Assembly (NCBI GenBank): GCA_032718475.1
Contig: JAUCBJ010006342.1
Span: 1-50,428, forward strand
DNA: 50,428 nt
Source of the DNA: Nemertoderma westbladi
Taxonomy: Eukaryota; Animalia; Xenacoelomorpha
Direction of reading: 5' to 3'
Shown here piece by piece: positions 23,322 to 36,056 of the stretch. The notes under the pieces were generated by a model. It saw nothing but the letters and a program-made list of their open reading frames with translations. It was not told the origin of the DNA and made no database searches. A program made the position numbers and the translations under genes. Every line of letters begins with the position of its first letter. Position 1 is the stretch's first letter.

Positions 23322-25514
23322 TTAGATTGCTGGTTTAGCTACGTTAAGTGGGGGGTTGTATGTATAGATTAGGTTAGCTTCCGTCGCTAGTAGTTCGGGT
23401 ATGTTTGTGAATTGTTTTATGGTTGCGGTGCGTAGATTTTCTAAACCACAACCGTATATGTGCCTAGCTAGGAGTATGTCTTCGTGTGTTTTTCCGTCAT
23501 TGGCTCGTGAGGGGTAGTGTCGTATGTTGTTGCGGTGTCCATTAAAGCGTTCGTGAAGTTTCTGTCTCGTTTGGCCTATGTAGTATAGAGTAGGGTGGCA
23601 GTGGCACCAGGCCAAGTAACATACAGTGTGGGACTTACATGTATAGTGTCCTTTTATCTTTTCACCCCATGGTGTCTGTTGTATGTTAGTGATAGTTTTG
23701 CATGTAAGGCAGCGGCTAGAGTTACATGGCTCATTAGTGGTGTTATTTGTGTGTGTTTGCGTTTGAGTTTTATTTTTGGTTAGTATTTGTCCTAGTGATG
23801 TGGGATTCTTCGTGACTACATTAATGTTGATGTCAAGGTCGTAGTTTTTGGAGTATCTACGTACAGTATTTTGGAATATGCCCTTCATCTGTTGGTTAGT
23901 GGATAGGTAAAATGTGGGTTTCGAGTTAGTGTCTTTAGGTCTAGTTTGGGGAGTCCAATGTCTAAGTTTGTTAAGGAGGTTCTGGGGGTACTGCCTGAGT
24001 AGACATTCGCCAAGGAATTCGTCTCTGAGTTTGGTATAGTCGTTAGGCTCGCTACATCTGCGGTGGATGCGTAGGAGTTGGCTACGAATTACGGATAGTA
24101 GTAATTTCTTATCATGGAAGCTATTGTAGTGAATCGGGAGTTTATTGCTAGTTGGTTTTTTGTATAATGTAGTTGTTAGTGTTTCGTTGTTAATCCGTGT
24201 CAAGACGTCAAGGAATGGGAGTGATGTGTGGGAGTATTCAATGGTGAATTGTATATCAGAGTTTTGGAATAAGTCGTTACAAGAGGAGTTAGTGATTTTC
24301 TGTATGTTGTGAATGTCCTGTTCACTTAATATACGTTGTACTATACCATAGCTGTCGTCAACAAACCGTTTGTAGAATGGAATAGGGTAAGTTGTATTAT
24401 CGTCTGGGGGGGTTATGTTTGGATCCGAGGTTGAGGTAGTTTCGTTAGTTATGGTTATATTAGGATCTGAGATAGATAGGATAGTTTCTGGAATATTGAT
24501 GTTGGAATCAGGAGGTGTAAGGTTAGATATTGGGGTCGTTATTATTGGATCTGAGAAAACGGGGTTAGGTGTAGTGTTTGGTGCTAGTTTAGTTTTATAA
24601 GTTACTGAGGTAGTTATATTATTACAGACTGGGGTGGGAGGGGTAGGTTCCGGGGTAGTTATATTAGTTCCAGGGGTAGTTATGTTAGTTTTGTTAGTTT
24701 CAGGGGTATTTATGTTAGTACCATGGGTACTTATGGTAGTTTCAGGGGTAGTTATGTTAGTTTCGTTAGTATCAGGGGTAGTTATGTTAGTTTCGTTAGT
24801 ATCAGGGGTACTTATGTTAGTTTCGTGGGTACTTATGGTAGTTTCAGGGGTAGTTATGTTAGTTTCGTTAGTTTCAGGGGTAGTTATGTTAGTTTCATGG
24901 GTACTTATGGTAGTTTCAGGGGTGGTTATGTTAGTTTCGTTAGTTTCAGGGGTAGTTATGTTAGTTTCATGGGTACTTATGGTAGTTTCAGGGGTAGTTA
25001 TGTTAGTTCCAGGGGTAGTTCTGTTAGTTCCAGGGGTAGTTATGTTAGTTCCAGGGGTAGTTATGTTAGTTTCAGGGGTAGTTATGTTAGTTTCGTTAGT
25101 TTCAGGGGTAGTTATGTTAGTTTCGTGGGTACTAATGGTAGTTTCAGGGGTAGTTATGTTAGTTTTAGGGGTAGTTATGTTAGTTGCAGGGGTAGTTATG
25201 TTAATATCAGGAGTAGTTATGTTAGTTTCATGGGTAGTTAGGGTAGTTTTGGGGGTAGTTATGTTAGTTTCAGGGGTGGTTGTATTAGTTACATGGGTAG
25301 TTATGGTAGTTCTGTGAGTTTCAGGGGTGTTTTTGATAGATTTTAGGGGAGTTATACTAGGATTATATCTGGTCTTGTTAATAGTGTTGGGATCAGTGGT
25401 TGTTGAGCTCGGGTTGGTAGGGGTGGTTAGATCCAGATCGGGTGTGTTAGTATCCAGGTTAGTTGTGTTAGGGAGTCTGTTTGATACTTTATAATTTTTT
25501 CTATCATCTTTACA
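23322..25514 (-). CDS. Stop-free frame (about 730 codons, no ATG upstream of the RT part): T/N/P/E-rich repeats + PLE RT motif C, thumb and GIY-YIG
   Basis: Manual codon reading upstream of the tracked ORF (24203) found no in-frame stop until 25515-25517. Confidence 0.7.
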   Translation of the reverse strand, partial: CKDDRKNYKVSNRLPNTTNLDTNTPDLDLTTPTNPSSTTTDPNTINKTRYNPSITPLKSIKNTPETHRTTITTHVTNTTTPETNITTPKTTLTTHETNITTPDINITTPATNITTPKTNITTPETTISTHETNITTPETNETNITTPETNITTPGTNITTPGTNRTTPGTNITTPETTISTHETNITTPETNETNITTPETTISTHETNITTPETNETNITTPETTISTHETNISTPDTNETNITTPDTNETNITTPETTISTHGTNINTPETNKTNITTPGTNITTPEPTPPTPVCNNITTSVTYKTKLAPNTTPNPVFSDPIITTPISNLTPPDSNINIPETILSISDPNITITNETTSTSDPNITPPDDNTTYPIPFYKRFVDDSYGIVQRILSEQDIHNIQKITNSSCNDLFQNSDIQFTIEYSHTSLPFLDVLTRINNETLTTTLYKKPTSNKLPIHYNSFHDKKLLLSVIRSQLLRIHRRCSEPNDYTKLRDEFLGECLLRQYPQNLLNKLRHWTPQTRPKDTNSKPTFYLSTNQQMKGIFQNTVRRYSKNYDLDININVVTKNPTSLGQILTKNKTQTQTHTNNTTNEPCNSSRCLTCKTITNIQQTPWGEKIKGHYTCKSHTVCYLAWCHCHPTLYYIGQTRQKLHERFNGHRNNIRHYPSRANDGKTHEDILLARHIYGCGLENLRTATIKQFTNIPELLATEANLIYTYNPPLNVAKPAI
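24640..25330. repeat. Composite 21/9-bp minisatellite (agtttcaggggtagttatgtt) within the PLE frame
   Basis: Visible repeats; the minus strand encodes TTPETNI-like units. Confidence 0.9.
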
Positions 25515-25819
25515 CTATGCTGCCGCTGGTGAATGCCTACCACTTCATCCGTTCGTAAAAATATTTTCAAATTTAATTTTTTTCACTAGCTAAAAAAGTA
25601 CTAGCTAACACAAAATCAAAATTACTTGCTACCATCCTACTATGAGAAGGTCAAATATTTGTTATAGAAAAAAAGGCAACAGTTCCGCCCGTCCCCCATA
25701 TTCAGATTTTTTTACTAGCTATTTTTAAGCAGTTTTTTTTACATATAATGTTCTAGTACATAGGCCTATCCCGCGGCAAAAAAATATATTTATTTTTTTA
25801 TGGTAGCTACTAGTAGTAT

Positions 25820-27420
25820 CGGCATGCTGCATTGCAGCTGCATTTTTAAGAATGCTGTGCCGGCTTGTCGACAAAATTGCGCCGCCACAACTCCCTATCA
25901 CCCATGACATTTGCTAGATCATCCGCATCTTCAAGGCCAGTGTCCTTTAAGATGCGTCTCAAGAAAGTCATGGGCTGCCCACCATGCTTATTCACTCCAT
26001 GAGGCTGCCAAAGTACAAGATTATGCACTGGCTGGTCCTCACGGCGAAAGCAATGTCCTGCAAAGCGGAGGCGATTTTGTTCTAGTGTCAAGCTTGGGGA
26101 ACCAATGAGACACCTCCAATGTTATATAGTGTCTGGTTGGAGATGTGTGCATTGTACTTGACAAAATGAACCCGGCGTAGCACTCTTGTGAATGTGCCAT
26201 CCAGAGATTTGGTGTCCTTAGCAGTTAGAGCCCAGCATGGACTCCCATAGAGGAGTACTGGAACTACTGCTGCTCTAAATAATCGGACCTTAAGTTTCCA
26301 ATTAATTCTCGGTGACTTCCAAATCCTGGAAAGCCTATTCAAGGCTGCCCATGCCTTCCCCTTACGTATTCGAAGGTCCTCACCTGACTTCCGGATCCAT
26401 GATCCCAGGTAACAGAATTCGTCCACATGCTCAAGCATACCATCTTTTGAGCTTATGCTCATCCGATCAGAGACTTGCTGAGGACTTTCAAAGTTAACTT
26501 TCAAAATTTTGGTCTTTCTGGAGTTAATAAAAAGACCAACAGTAGAAGCAGCATGTTCTAATGAGCTGAGAAGCCGTTGGGCTCCCTCTAGTGATTCTGA
26601 GAGTACTCCTAAGTCATCAGCAAAGTCTAGATCAGTTAGGTACTTGGCAGGATTTCCTCGACTTCTGGAGCCAGTAGGTGGAGTTATCATCACCCCATCA
26701 TCATTATGATGATCTAAGGACATGCGTAGAACATAGTCAACAACAATTATGAACAAGAATGGTGCAAGTGTGTCTCCCTGGAGGACGCCCCATAACACTT
26801 CAAATGGTTCTGTGTCACCGTCAACAGTAGACACAAATGTTGTCGAACCATCGTATACTGATCTGATTGCTGCAATAATTTCATCAGGAATCCCATATAA
26901 TGAAAGTATGCTGAACATACGTGAGCGAGAGACTGAATCAAAAGCCTTGAAGAAGTCAACAAAGATAACAGCCAGATGCCTGCCTTTCTTTTTTGATAAC
27001 TCTTCAATTATCCTTCTAAGTGCCAAAATGGGCTCCATGGTCCCACGACCTTTACGGAACCCATTCTGATTTCCACGGAGCAGTCTCTCAATGGGATCCC
27101 TGATGCGATTTAATAGAATTCTATTGTATAGCTTTGCAGCAATCGAGATCAATGAGATTCCCCGAAAAGAACCATAGAGTGTTAGGTTGCCCTTCTTGGG
27201 AACTGGCACCAACTTATTTGTTTTCATTTCTTGTGGGACTCTTGTTCTTCTGTACATGTCTACTATGATGGGATAGATGAGCTTTAAAACCCCAGGTTAA
27301 AGACCTCAGGGGGAACACCATCTACTCCACTGGCACGATTGGTCTTAATGCTCTTTGCAGCAGCCTTCACTTCTGCAAAGGAGATATCGCCAATGGGAAT
27401 ATCTGGGAGTACAGACTCAG
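25820..27420 (-). mobile_element. 5'-truncated RTE-type LINE (RT + C-terminus), frameshifted
   Basis: PKKGNL..FRGISL, NQNGFRKGR, FVDFFKAFDSV, GVLQGDTLAPFLF, LDFADD, FCYLGS, RLRFAGHC; frameshift near 26090. Confidence 0.92.
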
Positions 27421-27782
27421 ACACTTTTACTTTTGACTTATGGTAGCTAGTGCTTTAAAAAAAATTTACTGGCTATTTTTAAGGGCATTAGTGTGGCCTG
27501 GGGCCCATTTTTGGAAAATTTTGGCATCATATTTTGTTGTTCCACTTCTGAACAAACCCATAATATTACACGTTTAATTACAGTTACAACAGCTCATCTC
27601 CAATTTATTTAATTAATATCACCTGGCAGCAATACTCGAGCTGAATATTTATTTATTTATACTTCCCTCCTGTTTCACTCTCTAGCATACTTGAGGCCGG
27701 TAGGTCCACTGTTAGAGATAGAATATATGCAACTTAAGACTGCCCGTTCAATAGAAGTGGATTAGGTGAGGAGATTGTGAGT

Positions 27783-27890
27783 GTCAGGGGCTAGTGGCTG
27801 AGCTGGTTAGCGCTACTGATGAGGCCTGATAGGCCGAAACGTACGTATAGCTCTGGTTCAACCCCCCGGTGACGCGCTTTCTCATTTTTT
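27783..27890 (+). ncRNA. tRNA-derived Pol III cassette (A box, B box, T6 terminator) enclosing a hammerhead
   Basis: A box tggctgagctgg at 27795; B box ggttcaacccc at 27855; tttttt at 27885-27890. Confidence 0.7.
27812..27851 (+). ncRNA. Minimal type I hammerhead ribozyme
   Basis: gcta CTGATGA ggcct gat aggcc GAAA cgtacg TA tagc. Canonical core, stem I gcta/tagc, palindromic stem III ACGTACGT, GUA cleavage triplet ending at 27847. Confidence 0.9.
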
Positions 27891-28829
27891 CCACTTCTGA
27901 ACAAACCCATAATATTACACCTTTAGTTTTTCAAAAAATAAAATATGCAGTATCTAATGAAACATGATATTCTAGAATATTTTGTTACTTGCAAATTAAA
28001 AAACTGTCACTTATCAATAACTGGAATTGAAAAGAGTAAAAGAAAAGATGGAAGAAATCCATTCATGGTGATAATAAAGAAATAAAAGAAACCTATCCTG
28101 TTGATTAAATCAAATACTGTTTAAATATACTGTATACAGTATATGGAAACTTTAATGAAATATCATTGAATTAATAAAAGATAAATAAAAATTTTCCACT
28201 TTTTAAAAATGTTCTACAACAAAATATAACTTGTTCTAGGTCATAATTAAAAAAAGTATTAGCTTTACACAAACACTAAAAGGTAACAGCTACCAAACTT
28301 GTACATTTTGGTATAAAATTAAAATCTGTTGACGGGCGGATCTCTAGTCGTAAAAAACCTCATATTATGATATAAACCTTTTTCATATGAAAAAAAATGG
28401 TCAAACTATGCGTACCCAAGGTGTACCAGTGACACACCTAGAGAGGGGGTGTTGTGAGGATACCACGGACTATGAGATAAGGACTCACATGGCTCACCTC
28501 ATTATTATATTTATACTGTATGTATATGGGATATGGGGACATGAGATTTAGACGTTGGACTGGATCCCTTCAGTAGGCCGTTGTACTGTACAACGGCCAG
28601 ACTGCATGATATAGCTAGGGATTAGACTAGCGCTTAGATGTTGAATCCACAACTCAGAAATCAGCCAATCAGGTAATAGGAATAACCCCATTAAATATTT
28701 TCCTATTAGGAGACAACTGCTATACAGGGTATTCAAGATTTATAAAATAAGCAGACTGATAGCTGATAGCTCGCTGCCCGTTATTTCAACAATACTGCAA
28801 TTACTACCAATCTTACAACAAAAAACATT

Positions 28830-28900
28830 CACCGGAGTGTGGGATTGAACTATGTACCTAGAGATTCCAAGTCCCACGCTCTGCCAACTGAGCCACTAGG
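28830..28900 (-). mobile_element. tRNA-derived SINE head or tRNA pseudogene, interrupted at its 5' end (remainder about 30240-30252)
   Basis: Minus strand ctagtggctcagttggcagagcg...agttcaatccc carries A and B boxes. Confidence 0.7.
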
Positions 28901-29017
28901 CAGGGCCGGATTAACCAGTAGGCTAATAAGGCTGAAGCCTTAGGGCCATTGAAAAAAGCGGTCACACTTTCCTACAAAAATGTTGAATTGTAATGAGTTG
29001 AATGTAATGAGAGTTAA

Positions 29018-29898
29018 CCCTTTGCTGCTCGAATTATTTTTACTGGTTTAAAAAATTTTTTTTTAGGTTAGATAAACTGAAAACAGTCTAAAAGAACACA
29101 TTAATGCCAAAAAAAAAAAAATTTTTATTTTTTGAATATTTTTAATGAATGTTGTTAAGGAACAACAATGAGCATTAAAGGTAGCAATAATATTTGGTAA
29201 AATAGAATTAGATTCATCTTCCCCACTATCATTACTATCTGGTATGACAATTGAATACACACCTTCTCTTTGTTCTGGTACCGAACTACTACTCCAAGGA
29301 TCGGCATGCTGCATTGGAGCTGCATTTTTAAGAAAACTTTGCCGGCTTGTCGACAAAATTTCGCCGCCACAACTCCCTATAACCCATGACATTTGCTAGA
29401 TCATCCGCATCTTCAAAGCCAGTGTCCTTCAAGATGCGTCTCAAGAAAGTCATGGGCTGTCCACCATGCTTATACACTCCATGAGGCTGCCAAATCATAA
29501 GATTATGCACTGGCTGGCCCTCGCGGCGAAAGCAATGTCCTGCAAAGCGAAGGCGGCTTTGTTCTACAGAAGTGTCAAGCTTGGGGGGAACCAATGAGAG
29601 GCACCTCCAATGTTTTATAGTGTCTGGTTGGAGATGTCTGCATTGTACTTGACACAGTTGCATTTTTTAACAATATGAATGCACATGTTTTATCAATTAC
29701 CGCTTATTGAAGCATAGGCTCACAATATGTAAGCCAATGTTCAAATTTCCCTCTGGAAAGCAAACGAAACTGATCCTCAGGTACAAGAAACATGTTGACA
29801 ACCCATATCAACCAATCAGATATCACATATTACTATTCTGAGATTAGGAGAGCCAATAATAGGAATGTTGTTCCGGAACAACACTGAGCAGCAAAGGG
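29018..29898. mobile_element. Non-autonomous piggyBac element nested in the hAT element
   Basis: TTAA on both sides; 13-bp TIR ccctttgctgctc / gagcagcaaaggg. Confidence 0.9.
29300..29655 (-). mobile_element. 3' fragment of the same RTE family
   Basis: Matches 25820-26165 (RLRFAGHCFRRE...RELWRRNFVDKP). Confidence 0.92.
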
Positions 29899-30809
29899 TT
29901 AATAGGAAGCCTATAAAATAGTCTGTAAAAGGGGAACTTTACATCATTAGTTTCTTAGTATATGGACCCGTCCGTGTTCAGGCTAGCCTGGAACCAGTTC
30001 ATTAAACTGAGTAGATACACCGTTGGTTATGTACTATGTATTATTTGTATATTCCCTACATGCCAGCCTAGCCAAGGCCTCTACAATATCTCAGTTTGCT
30101 ACCAGCCTACTACAATAGATCAGCTGATTGGGTAACCCCCCTGTGGCTCTTATACTATAAACAATATTATGTGAAAAACTAATTTCAGGCCACTTTTTCA
30201 AAATAGCCTTAGGGCCACAAATATGTTAATCCGGCCCTGCCACTAGGGCCGTATCAATCCCTAATACCAATACCTAACCAGAAATGAACAATAACAACAC
30301 CAACAACAACAACAACAGAGTGAATACTAGAAGTCTCGCTACATTACATATTACATATATCGCTGAATTACATATTACGCTTTCTGATTTTCATATTACG
30401 CTTTCTGAATTACATCTTGAAAAGGTGTAGACGCTAATTGACACTGTTAGGGGCTTGGCCAAGTAATACCAATACAACACAATTGAATAAATAACGTATT
30501 GTAACTCAACGAACTAACCTTCATGTCATCGTAGTTTTACAATATTGTTTCATTTTTTAATATTGTAGGTGTAGGACGTGACAGCTACCTAACGATCACT
30601 TATATTGTAAATTACATCCAGTTATCACAAATATGCATTCCAGTACACATGCTCTCCAGTTCCAATTTAATTTTTACTCTAGATATACTGTAGGTCTATT
30701 AATATTTTTTTGCTCTTGAACCATATAGATATTAATTTATTTTAAAACATTTTGTTCTAGAACTAATAGCTTATTTGTTCTACAATAGGCCTATAAAAAA
30801 AATGGCTAG

Positions 30810-33800
30810 AGTTCCGTATGTGCCAGCAACATTTTCATTCAGTTTGCTCTAAAATGTGTTTAGCTTACTAGCTAGTACTTTTTAATGTTAGTGTGAAGTC
30901 TTCTAGGATATTTCGAATTATTGTTTTGTTAAATAATGTTCTAGAACTTATGTTCTAGATAATTTTTTGTTATAGAACATTTTTAAAAAAATGTATCTTT
31001 TTGTTTTTTTTAACACTTTTTTGTATAATTAACATATATCTAGTAATTTTATGTGCTCAAGTAATAATTTACAATTATAGCTAGTAATATATATTTATAG
31101 CTATAGCCTATAGTCTATAGTTATATCTATAGCAAGCCCTATGATAAACAACCGCGACACCTATACTAACAGCAGAACTGTTGAACAGACAAATACCCGT
31201 TAATATCCTTCTGCCAACCTAATGAGCTCTCGCCTAACCAATAAGACACAAAGACTGCTCTACTGTTAAGTAAAGGGGATCAGGAGCGTGATATTACTAA
31301 ATTGTAAAGGTTGCTAAATACAAAACCGCTACTTACCGTTGGATGGCGCTAATCTGCCGTCCGCTAATATATTTTACTAATTTTACACAACTCCTGCAAA
31401 ATCGCTTGTTCCTTTCTCTACCGATTGCTCGACAGAGAGCTAACTGTTCGAATCTATGAACCACGCGGGAATAACCAAAACAATAAACCCGAGTCGGCTC
31501 CCTAAGCTTACTTAAGACGAGTGCGAGAGGCTTTGCACTCAGAGTATTCTTACGCCTAATTCTATCACTATTAAAGCACGCTATTGCCTACGTCTTTTCT
31601 AATCGCGAATACTGGGGGTTCCCTAACGTATGTGTGAATGCGAGAATATTTAAAATTATCAAAATGGTACAGTATTTGTCTCTACGTGGATAATACCGCT
31701 CTGGGTCTAAACTTGCCTGCAGCTGGCTTTAGGCCAGCAAATTACTAGCGTGTTGTGTGTGCCGAATAGTGCGATCTAGCTGATTGCCCGCTAATGCAAA
31801 TAACCGCTCAGCGTGAATAGTTTACAGTACTCTAATTATTACCTTAGCTACTCTCCGCTATGCTGCGTACTAATTCTTAATTTTTACTAATCAATTACAG
31901 TCACAAATATGTAACAGCGTACTAATTACTAAGAGTTCCAGAATACGTAATTCTAATTTATTACGCAACAGGTTTCGCTAGTAATAGCCTAAATTGCCGT
32001 ATTACTTTGACCTAATCAGTAACTAATTGTTGTAACTAAGAAATAGAAATCAATCAAAGAAAAGGGGCGCCTACCTAAACATTCACAATCGTAGGCACAC
32101 TTCAATAACACACCAATCAGCGTCAGCAATCACAGTTCGCAATTACGCAGTTAACTACTGTATAGCCCACAGTTATGCGACTCACTATTCGTACTTCACA
32201 CTCCACGTTGTGATACGTGCAGGCCTCTCCCGGGTACATATAGGACTCCTAACTAACCTGATTCCTACCCCCCTAATACTAAATAGAGACGAAACCTGGA
32301 TCATCAGCCCCCTAATTACCGTACCGGCGATTGGTCTGCATACCACAGCGTGAACCACCCGACCGCAACGGTGACCCCCCGCCAGCGTTGCTCGCTTTTG
32401 AATCCTCCGCTCTCCCTTCGTCGCTAACCCCCCGATGTGCCCACCGCCCACTGGCACCTTAGCCCTCCATTATGCTAATAGCTACCGTAGCGGCGCATGC
32501 AAATCACAAAGTCTGACAGTCTCAGAAATCCCTTAGGATTATTGCGTAGAAAGGAATCACATAGAACCATTAACGAAAGGTAGAAATCATAGTTCCAGTT
32601 GTAATTAGCAGTAATCGATGGAATTAATTGAGAAACACAATCAAGAATAATCGGACTAGCAAAGCATTTTGAGAAATTAATCGAAAATAGCAAATTGCAG
32701 AAAATACGCTAAAATATCCGTCAAAAATGAAAAGGGACAGCTCAGCAAGTACAAGGGTGTGGATTGTGAGGTATAGAATCAGATGAACAGATACAGCTCT
32801 ACCGGCAAACCGCCAATTTATAGGTGATCCGGATGGGGTGATGCAATAGGGTGACTCAATCGCTCTCCTATTGGCTCTCCAGTCCGCGCTAGCATTAGAC
32901 CAAGCTGGAAGCAGTTAGTCCAATAAGGAGGCCGGATTGTAGCCCTATTGCTGCCCAAACCTCGAATTATTACCATATATGGTAATGGATCATGTCCCTG
33001 GCTGCTGAATGGCCAGGACAGCGTCCCTATATGCTAGCCCTATTGATGCTAATATCCGCAAGCACAAAATCCAGGGTCCGACTAAACTTGCTACCCTGGA
33101 ACTATCTACATATATCCTAATACAAAATTACGTAGGTAGGGCTACATATTATACAAAATGGATGGATTCAAATATATGAGCGTTTTGGTTTCCCTATCTA
33201 AATATCACCTCACTATTATATCTTATCTAAAATATTATGCTGCACAACGGACTAATATTACATACAGTATAACGGACTAATATTGCGTACAGTATAACGG
33301 ACTAATATATGTGGATACAGCGCCATATACCGTAACACCCTAGGTAACATTTTAAAAAATATTCTGGAATGCTATCGTTATGGTTAGTTGTTCTGTATTC
33401 CAATTTTTTTTTAATTAAACAATCATTTTAATAATTCTTTTTAAAAGAACAAATATTCTAGAATATTTTTTTTTCTCGAAAATTGATAATGAAAATGTTC
33501 TAGAACATTTGGCTAATGTTCTAGAACATTTGGTACATGTTCTAGAACATTTGGTACATGTTCTAGGACATTTAATAAGTGGTCTAGATCTCTTGTCAAT
33601 AGAAAAAAAGCAGGCAAAATAGCATAAACAATTTTAAAATTGAACAATTTTTTTAATAATTTTCTTTTTAAGAGTAAGTAATTTATTTTCTCGAAAATTC
33701 ATAATTAAAATGTTCTAGAACATTTTTTTACAGTTTTAGAACACTCAATATTCGTTCTAGAACATTTATCAAGAGAAAAACCTGACAAAAAAGCATGAAA

Positions 33801-33845
33801 ATTAGTTGGAAAAAAAACAACGAAAATGTTGGCACATACGGAACT
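30810..33845. mobile_element. Possible TIR element (ttctagaa-rich) hosting the solo LTR
   Basis: Imperfect inverted repeat agttccgtatgtgcc(agc)aacattttc / gaaaatgttggcacatacggaact; no clear TSD. Confidence 0.45.
31142..33337 (-). mobile_element. Solo LTR (about 2.2 kb)
   Basis: TG...CA ends; 5-bp TSD cccta (31137-31141, 33338-33342); CCAAT motifs and a minus-strand TATAAA near 32816-32822; no coding domains. Confidence 0.7.
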
Positions 33846-34776
33846 GTTCCCAAAAAAATACCCTAGCTAGTGTTCTTATAAGAACATAAAATTACTTAAT
33901 TAATTAATTAACCTGTTTCATAATTTGTTAAAAATATATTAGAAACAAACGATTTAATAAATTGTCATTATTTTTAGTGAATTTCACTATCAGTATTTAA
34001 CAGGTACATTTAACATACAGTAACGTACAGTACATATTGCAGCTGCAATAAAGCGTTTTAGCTTCTAAAACATCCTTCTATACTAGACTATCTAGTACTA
34101 GGCTGGAAATATAATATGTTTTAGAGGGAGCAGTGATGTGTCGCCATCCCAACTAATACTGTACATAATAGCGAACATATGAAGGCCTACAGTAGATCAA
34201 CTAATTTGAAAGTGTATTATTTCACAAATACGGTAGTATTATTTGGCAACAGTAATTAATTGCGTTTCTTATAAATATAAATATATTTTCTGGAACTATC
34301 AAAATGTGGCCATCCATAGAAACACTAAAATAATTTATGTAGTAAAACATACGCCATTTGTCTGGTATATAGTAATAGTGACTCATTTCGGTGACCTGTG
34401 CTAAAAGTATATCAAAATAAAAGATAAATCGTAGCACTTTAAAGATTAATCATAGGAACGAAATATATTTATTTTCATTGCACTGCTGTGGATAAAGCAT
34501 TAATGATGAAACGTTATAAGACGTAAAGGAATTTCAGGTATTGGGATTTAAAAAGTGATGAGTATCTTCGATTATAACAAATAGACATTATACTTACTTT
34601 TTATAACTGCTACCGGTATGTGTTAGAAGCTGTTCCGCGCAATATCACGGTCGTTTTTTCTCTGAAATTAAGTCATAAATATCATAATATGAAATAAAAA
34701 AAATATATCAAAATCATTATTATACTAGGTATACTTCACATGGTATGTATATATCAAATACACCTACCAATGCCAT

Positions 34777-36056
<1,280 letters not shown>

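Larger units (their letters stand above)
22480..25482 (-). mobile_element. 5'-truncated Penelope-like retroelement (RT C-terminal half + GIY-YIG, CxxC linker as in Neptune-type elements)
   Basis: YKRFVDD, QFTIEY...LPFLDV, LYKKPT...YNSFH, CLTC, YTCKS..VCYLAWC..YIGQTRQKLHERFNGH; 3' hammerhead; boundaries approximate. Confidence 0.9.
27540..27920 (+). mobile_element. 349-bp retrozyme/SINE-like unit flanked by a 32-bp direct repeat
   Basis: ttccacttctgaacaaacccataatattacac at 27540-27571 and 27889-27920; contains the tRNA-hammerhead cassette. Confidence 0.7.
28901..30239. mobile_element. Non-autonomous hAT element
   Basis: 15-bp TIR cagggccggattaac / gttaatccggccctg; 8-bp TSD ccactagg (28893-28900, 30240-30247). 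Confidence 0.92.

Noticed and set aside
24634-25317. Plus-strand Val/Met-rich hydrophobic ORFs
   Set aside because: Antisense shadows of the minisatellite in the minus-strand Penelope frame.
28830-28900. Functional tRNA gene
   Set aside because: Acceptor and T stems pair poorly and a hAT element interrupts the 5' end.
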